Positions 30,508-34,452 of a stretch of DNA of 34,452 nucleotides are shown one piece after another (position 1 is the stretch's first letter; each line of letters opens with the position of its first letter). A model generated the notes under the pieces. It did not search any database. It worked only from the letters and a program-made list of their open reading frames with translations, and was not told the origin of the DNA. The stretch covers positions 1 to 34,452 of IMG/VR virus record IMGVR_UViG_3300045988_077029, one strand, 5' to 3'. Origin of the DNA: a virus. The translations under genes and the position numbers were made by a program.

Positions 30508-32639
30508 GCTTCTTTGCCTTTCTCATCGTCGTCATACCATCCCTTGCCCTTGTTGCTGGCTTCCAGGTCTTCGAGGTACGTGCACGCCGCAAACACCGCA
30601 CAGTCAAACACGTCGATGCGCAGGTGCTCCGCCATCTTTTCATACTGGATCATGTCGTCAGCCTTTTCGATCGCGTGCACGTTCTGCACGCAGTACTCAA
30701 AAGGCTCGGCGTGGCAGTAGTACAGCGTGCCGCGCTTTGCGCTCGCCTCAAGGTAACGGAAGCCCTCGCTTTTGCGCGTGAATAGCTGTGGCTGGTCCTT
30801 GATCGGGAAGTGCTTGTTTTTCATCTCAATGAAGTACTCGCGGCAGAATTTGCGGTCATGTCCGATACGCCGCAGCTTAAAGCCCTCCGTGCGCCGCGCG
30901 ATGTACCACCGAACAACGTCGGAATAGTTGAGCACCTTGTCGTTGCACATGTCGAGCCAGCCGTCATCTTTCCAGCCGAAGAGTGGGATCTCGTCTTCCT
31001 GCGCTTTCTGCGTCGCGGCCACGACGGGAAACCAGCAGTGCGGGATGATGATATCCACGCCCTTGTAGTTGCCAAACAGGCACGTCGCCGTCAGATCGTG
31101 CAGCTTGGACAGGTCGCTGCCGCCGTACCAGCGGATCGGCAGCCGGCGCAGCTCGTCGAGCGTCCAGTTGTACTTGCTGTCGCTTGCGCGGAATTCGTCG
31201 ATGTTGAAATACGCCTTGAGATCCGCCGTGAAGACGTTCAGCGACTTTTGCAGGAATTCAGGCCGCATCTGTGGGTCATCCTTGGCCTGCATTGCGTCGT
31301 TGATCATGTCCTGCGGTCGGATGGACTGTCCCCAACCGGGATTGCAGCCTTGCAGCACATCTGGATTGGTATAATCCACGTCGCCGCTGTCCATGCGCGG
31401 CGCGCAGGCGAGAAAAATAAACAGGCTGTCGGCCGCGTCGCCGGTGATCGTTCCCTTGAGGATCTTCCGGCAGTACTCCACGCGCCGTGCCAGAAAGCCG
31501 TGCGCCAGCTTACCACCGGACGAAATGCCAATGACGAGCTTGTTGGAGTACGCCTTGGTCGCGTCTTTCAGTACCTGGTACTGCTGCGGGCTCTTGTAGG
31601 TGTGCTCCTCGTCCGCGATGACAATGTTGCAGTTAAAAGAGTCCTGCTTGTCCGGACTGGCCGCCAGCGCGTTGATGCTGATAAACCCACCTTCGCCGAT
31701 GTCGCCAGTGATTGAGTGCTCAGAGTTGCTGTTGAGGATGCGCAGTCCGTTTTCTGGGTCGTCCGTAGTCGAAATACGCAGCCTGCGGATGTTGTACGAG
31801 AGGAAATCAAAGCCCTCCATCGCCTGTTTGAGCGCGCCGCCGACCTCGTAGACCTTTGATCCGCTCGGCGCGTAGTAAAGCGCCAGGGCCCACGCCAGCG
31901 CCGCGGCGAAGGTGGTCTTGATATTTTTTCGCGGGATGAAGTCTTGCGCTTCCGTAAAGCGTCTGAGCTGCGTGCCGGCACGGTAAAAGCCCATAATGTT
32001 GAACACAATGAACTTGTGATACCGCAGCAGCAGGAACGGCGTGCCGCGCAGCGGCCGGCCATCCATAAACTCGCCCTGCTGGTGGCACATCATTGTCTCA
32101 ATGATGGCAAGCACTTCGCAAGCCGGCTCACTGCGGAATTCCCACTTGGGGTTTCCCAGGTCGCGCACATACCGCTCACAAGCGAGGCGGATTTCTTCAC
32201 AGGCGACAATCTCGCCCGAAAGCACGTCCTCGACGTACCCGTCCACATCCGCCTGGTACCTGCCCGCGTTCTCGGCCGCGTACTCTTTGGCCGCGTCGAT
32301 CAACTCTTCAAGTTTCGACCGCCGCTCCACCTCGGGATTCGCGAGCTTTGCTTTCATGGCTTTCAGGCTTTTGGGCGTCAATCCGAGCTGTGCGCGCTGT
32401 GCCAGAATATCCTTGCGCAGCTGGTCGACTACCGCGTAGTTGGGATCTTTGGCCGTGTACGTTGCGCCCGTCTTGTTCACAAGCTCAGCGACCATTTTTC
32501 CGCCCGCGGCTTTCCACGCCTTTTCAGCGCGTGCGAGCTCTCGCTCCTGCTTCGCCAGTTCGTGGATCGCTTTGTCAAATATCGGCGAGTACGTCCCGAC
32601 CGCTTCCATATCCGCCTTGATCATGGCCTCGCGGCCCAT
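30504..32639 (-). CDS. terL: Terminase, a single ORF with a P27-type small-subunit-like N-terminus fused to the large subunit (711 aa)
   Basis: GGAGGTGAGG Shine-Dalgarno. N-terminal ...[31 protein letters not shown] (TerS P27 pattern), then [27 protein letters not shown] and the rest of a Terminase_1-like protein. Confidence 0.8.
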   Translation of the reverse strand: MGREAMIKADMEAVGTYSPIFDKAIHELAKQERELARAEKAWKAAGGKMVAELVNKTGATYTAKDPNYAVVDQLRKDILAQRAQLGLTPKSLKAMKAKLANPEVERRSKLEELIDAAKEYAAENAGRYQADVDGYVEDVLSGEIVACEEIRLACERYVRDLGNPKWEFRSEPACEVLAIIETMMCHQQGEFMDGRPLRGTPFLLLRYHKFIVFNIMGFYRAGTQLRRFTEAQDFIPRKNIKTTFAAALAWALALYYAPSGSKVYEVGGALKQAMEGFDFLSYNIRRLRISTTDDPENGLRILNSNSEHSITGDIGEGGFISINALAASPDKQDSFNCNIVIADEEHTYKSPQQYQVLKDATKAYSNKLVIGISSGGKLAHGFLARRVEYCRKILKGTITGDAADSLFIFLACAPRMDSGDVDYTNPDVLQGCNPGWGQSIRPQDMINDAMQAKDDPQMRPEFLQKSLNVFTADLKAYFNIDEFRASDSKYNWTLDELRRLPIRWYGGSDLSKLHDLTATCLFGNYKGVDIIIPHCWFPVVAATQKAQEDEIPLFGWKDDGWLDMCNDKVLNYSDVVRWYIARRTEGFKLRRIGHDRKFCREYFIEMKNKHFPIKDQPQLFTRKSEGFRYLEASAKRGTLYYCHAEPFEYCVQNVHAIEKADDMIQYEKMAEHLRIDVFDCAVFAACTYLEDLEASNKGKGWYDDDEKGKEA

Positions 32640-32661
32640 CGCCTCACCTCCGTGTTTTCTC

Positions 32662-32751
32662 CGGCGCATTCCCCGCTCTTCGCCTTGGCCGCGAAGAACG
32701 AGGACTGAAAGGAAGATCATCCATGTCCGCCGCAAAGAGCGGGGAACGCGC
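32662..32751. repeat. Long-range 22-bp inverted repeat (19/22 complementary) in the terminase leader
   Basis: GGCGCATTCCCCGCTCTTCGCC (32662-32683) and CGCAAAGAGCGGGGAACGCGCC (32730-32751). Confidence 0.6.
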
Positions 32752-32763
32752 CGGAAATTTTCT

Positions 32764-32780
32764 CGTGTCCGATTTGGGCA
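32764..32780 (-). repeat. Dispersed pseudo-palindrome copy S3 (minus strand GTGCCCAAATCGGACAC)
   Basis: Plus strand GTGTCCGATTTGGGCAC. Lies 125 nt upstream of the terminase ATG in the HNH-terminase gap. Confidence 0.8.
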
Positions 32781-32852
32781 CCGCCGCCAGAGCCGGGAAC
32801 GGCCAGCCGGCCGAACCGACAGCGTCCAAGAGTGGTGGGCAAAGTGACCTTC

Positions 32853-32872
32853 GCGCGGCTGCGCGCAGCCGC
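32853..32872. repeat. Perfect 20-bp palindrome CGCGGCTGCGCGCAGCCGCG
   Basis: Read directly, in the non-coding HNH-terminase gap. Confidence 0.7.
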
Positions 32873-32980
32873 GTCGTTTGCGCACGCGCCGCACCCGATC
32901 GCGTTTTCTTGTTGCTTACCCCCTCGCACTTTTTCCTCGCCGTCGGAAATGGGGGGGCGCTCGGTTCCTGAGCCGTTTGA

Positions 32981-33277
32981 TCACTTCCCCCAATTCGAGG
33001 GGGGGATCGTTTTTCTCCGCCAACTCTCACCGAGCGGCGTGAGCTTGTGCGTCAGCCGGTCATGCATCGCGTCGTGCTTCTCCGCGGACAGGCTCAGCAA
33101 ATTCCACGGAGCCAAAGCATATTCCGGATAATCCTCGGCAGGCCAGATGTGATGCACCGTGGTCGCCTCAACGGTTTTGCCGTAGCGTGCCGATTCCCTG
33201 CACTTGCCCTTGTCTCTGCGCAGGATCTTCGCCCGCAGCTTCCGCCACCTGGCTGTCCTGTACCCATCCCACGACAT
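32981..33277 (-). CDS. HNH endonuclease (terminase-associated type), 98 aa from the internal ATG
   Basis: TVHHIWPAEDYPEYALAPWNLLSLSAEKHDAMH. AAGGAGGA before MSWDGYRTARW. Confidence 0.8.
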   Translation of the reverse strand: MSWDGYRTARWRKLRAKILRRDKGKCRESARYGKTVEATTVHHIWPAEDYPEYALAPWNLLSLSAEKHDAMHDRLTHKLTPLGESWRRKTIPPSNWGK

Positions 33278-33374
33278 ACGTCCTCCTTGCTGGCACAGCT
33301 CTTTTCTGCTCACGGGCTATCACCTCCGGGCAAAAACAAAAGCCACCGCCGACACTCCCCGAGATCCGGGTTTG

Positions 33375-33572
33375 TCAGCAGTGGCTACTAAGCGAGCACG
33401 CGCCATGTTCGATATTCACGATGTTCGATGCTTTGCATCTCCGGCACCAGAGGACGAGATTCCGCGCCTCCGTGTCTGGCCGAACGGCCTGCGATGTGAG
33501 CCGCCCGCAGTTCGGGCAGACAATCAATCCGTTCTTTGTGTCTAGTTTAGCAGTCTTTGTGCTGTTTTGCAA
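33375..33572 (-). CDS. Cysteine-rich KTR-type zinc-ribbon protein (65 aa)
   Basis: IVCPNCGRLTSQAVRPDTEARNLVLWCRRCKASNIV. Confidence 0.6.
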   Translation of the reverse strand: MQNSTKTAKLDTKNGLIVCPNCGRLTSQAVRPDTEARNLVLWCRRCKASNIVNIEHGACSLSSHC

Positions 33573-33631
33573 TACTTTTCACCCTCTTTTCTGCGTTTGT
33601 CACTAAAAAGCCATTAGGTTACAAGTAATGT

Positions 33632-33651
33632 CGCGCGCACGCGCGCACGCG
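33632..33651. repeat. Alternating purine-pyrimidine tract cgcgcgcacgcgcgcacgcg
   Basis: Read directly, 6 nt downstream of the Rep stop codon. Confidence 0.6.
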
Positions 33652-33656
33652 ATTCC

Positions 33657-34376
33657 TTATGCCTCGATCCAGCTCGCCACCCGGTAGCTACCAAATTGAC
33701 TTCCGCCGGTCCGCACCTGTGGGAGCATCGCGTCGAACGGTATCGTAATCGCATCGCTCTCGTCGAGCCACACCTCCGGCGGCGGCAGCTTCGCGCGCAG
33801 ACTGCGCGAGCAGCTCCAAGGATGCCGCCCCACCGGAATGATGATCCCGTCGCTGCGCTCCTTGGTGAGATAGCGCGCGAGGTAGCGGTAGCCGAGCGCC
33901 TTGCCGTGCCGCTTAAATACTGGCCAGTCCGTTACCTCGCCGCACTGCCACAGGGCCCGCACCTCCGCCGGCGAGAGCTGCCGGTAGTCCGCGACAAGGT
34001 GGATGTGATACCTGTGCGCCCCGTGCAGGCCCTCAATGGCCGGGATGTAGTCAAGTCCGCCCTTGCCTCGATAGCGCTCCACGCGCCGCAGGAAGGCCCG
34101 CAGCGCCTTTCGCACGTCGGCAAATCGCTCCGGCAGATGCTCGTTGTCGAACTCCAGAATGTAGTGCGTGGCGTACTTGCCCATGAGCGCGATCATCAGC
34201 TCGAGCCGGTCGGTGGAGTCGCGGTTGAGCACCGTGCGCCGCTGCGCCTTAAGATCGGCCTTGGCGCGCCGGTCCTCGTCGGTGTCGGAGGGCGCATAGC
34301 GCGGCGGCATCGTCCCGCGGTACTCCTTGACAAGATTCCCAGCGCGCTGGCGCACGCAGTAGAACAGCTCAGCCAT
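33657..34376 (-). CDS. HUH-superfamily rolling-circle replication initiator (Rep), 239 aa
   Basis: Motif-1-like THYILEF, HUH motif HRYHIHLVAD, Tyr motif YRYLARYLTKE. ATG at 34376 overlaps the upstream stop. Confidence 0.65.
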   Translation of the reverse strand: MAELFYCVRQRAGNLVKEYRGTMPPRYAPSDTDEDRRAKADLKAQRRTVLNRDSTDRLELMIALMGKYATHYILEFDNEHLPERFADVRKALRAFLRRVERYRGKGGLDYIPAIEGLHGAHRYHIHLVADYRQLSPAEVRALWQCGEVTDWPVFKRHGKALGYRYLARYLTKERSDGIIIPVGRHPWSCSRSLRAKLPPPEVWLDESDAITIPFDAMLPQVRTGGSQFGSYRVASWIEA

Positions 34377-34452
34377 ATACGCTCCCGACCATCCCGGCGA
34401 CCTCACCGGTCATGTCGCCCTCGACAACAGTCTTATCCAGATGCTCATAGTA
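34369..34452 (-). CDS. C-terminal part of the junction-spanning small ORF (includes the duplicated 55 bp)
   Basis: Same frame as 1-196 across the repeat. Stop TGA at 34371-34369. Confidence 0.5.
   Translation of the reverse strand, partial: YYEHLDKTVVEGDMTGEVAGMVGSVYG
34398..34452. repeat. Second copy of the 55-bp terminal direct repeat
   Basis: Identical to positions 1-55. Confidence 0.95.

Noticed and set aside
32644-33030. 128-aa minus-strand ORF covering the HNH-terminase gap, considered as a possible separate small terminase
   Set aside because: It has Arg/Pro/Ala-rich junk composition, no Shine-Dalgarno site and no TerS-like pattern, and it overlaps the HNH gene end. The P27-like TerS signature is instead found at the N-terminus of the terminase ORF.
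1-34452. Search for CRISPR arrays, rRNA genes, complete tRNA genes, transposases or IS elements, reverse transcriptase/DGR and toxin genes
   Set aside because: None was found by eye. There are no regularly spaced direct repeats of 25-40 bp, no complete cloverleaf and no DDE or RT motifs in any ORF. The only tRNA-like sequence accepted is the 3' fragment in attP.

Overview
The window is a complete, circularly closed genome of about 34.4 kb. The first 55 bp are identical to the last 55 bp. It is a temperate, siphovirus-type tailed phage or prophage with high GC and gene content typical of Clostridia-type gut phages. Nearly all genes lie on the minus strand in one long series. The order is: cro-like regulator, excisionase-like HTH, XRE regulator, replisome organizer with internal ori-like iterons, DnaB helicase, small Cys-rich proteins, ParA, ParB, several early accessory genes (DUF551-like, XF1762/GNAT-like), an HUH rolling-circle Rep reached across the circular junction, a Cys-rich KTR protein and an HNH endonuclease. 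The late genes follow: a P27-TerS-like/TerL fused terminase, portal, prohead protease, HK97-type capsid, connectors, major tail protein, frameshifted chaperones, tape measure, distal tail and fibre genes, an LplA-like enzyme, holin-like proteins, an M15 endolysin and a sigma-region-4-like protein. Plus-strand units are a cI-like repressor, a DUF4236-membrane-protein/integrase operon ending at an attP with a tRNA 3' end fragment, and a three-gene island driven by a perfect consensus promoter. The strongest findings are: (1) six dispersed copies of a 17-bp pseudo-palindrome (candidate parS or master operator); (2) an acr-aca-like operon and a six-gene unknown cassette in the moron position next to attP; (3) a lambda oop-like antisense sRNA defined by a promoter and terminator; (4) coexistence of an integrase with parAB, and of DnaB/organizer with an HUH Rep; (5) a lipoate/biotin-ligase-fold gene translationally coupled to a low-GC tail-fibre gene. 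All protein calls come from motif recognition by eye, with no database search. Hand-indexed small motifs may be off by 1-2 nt.
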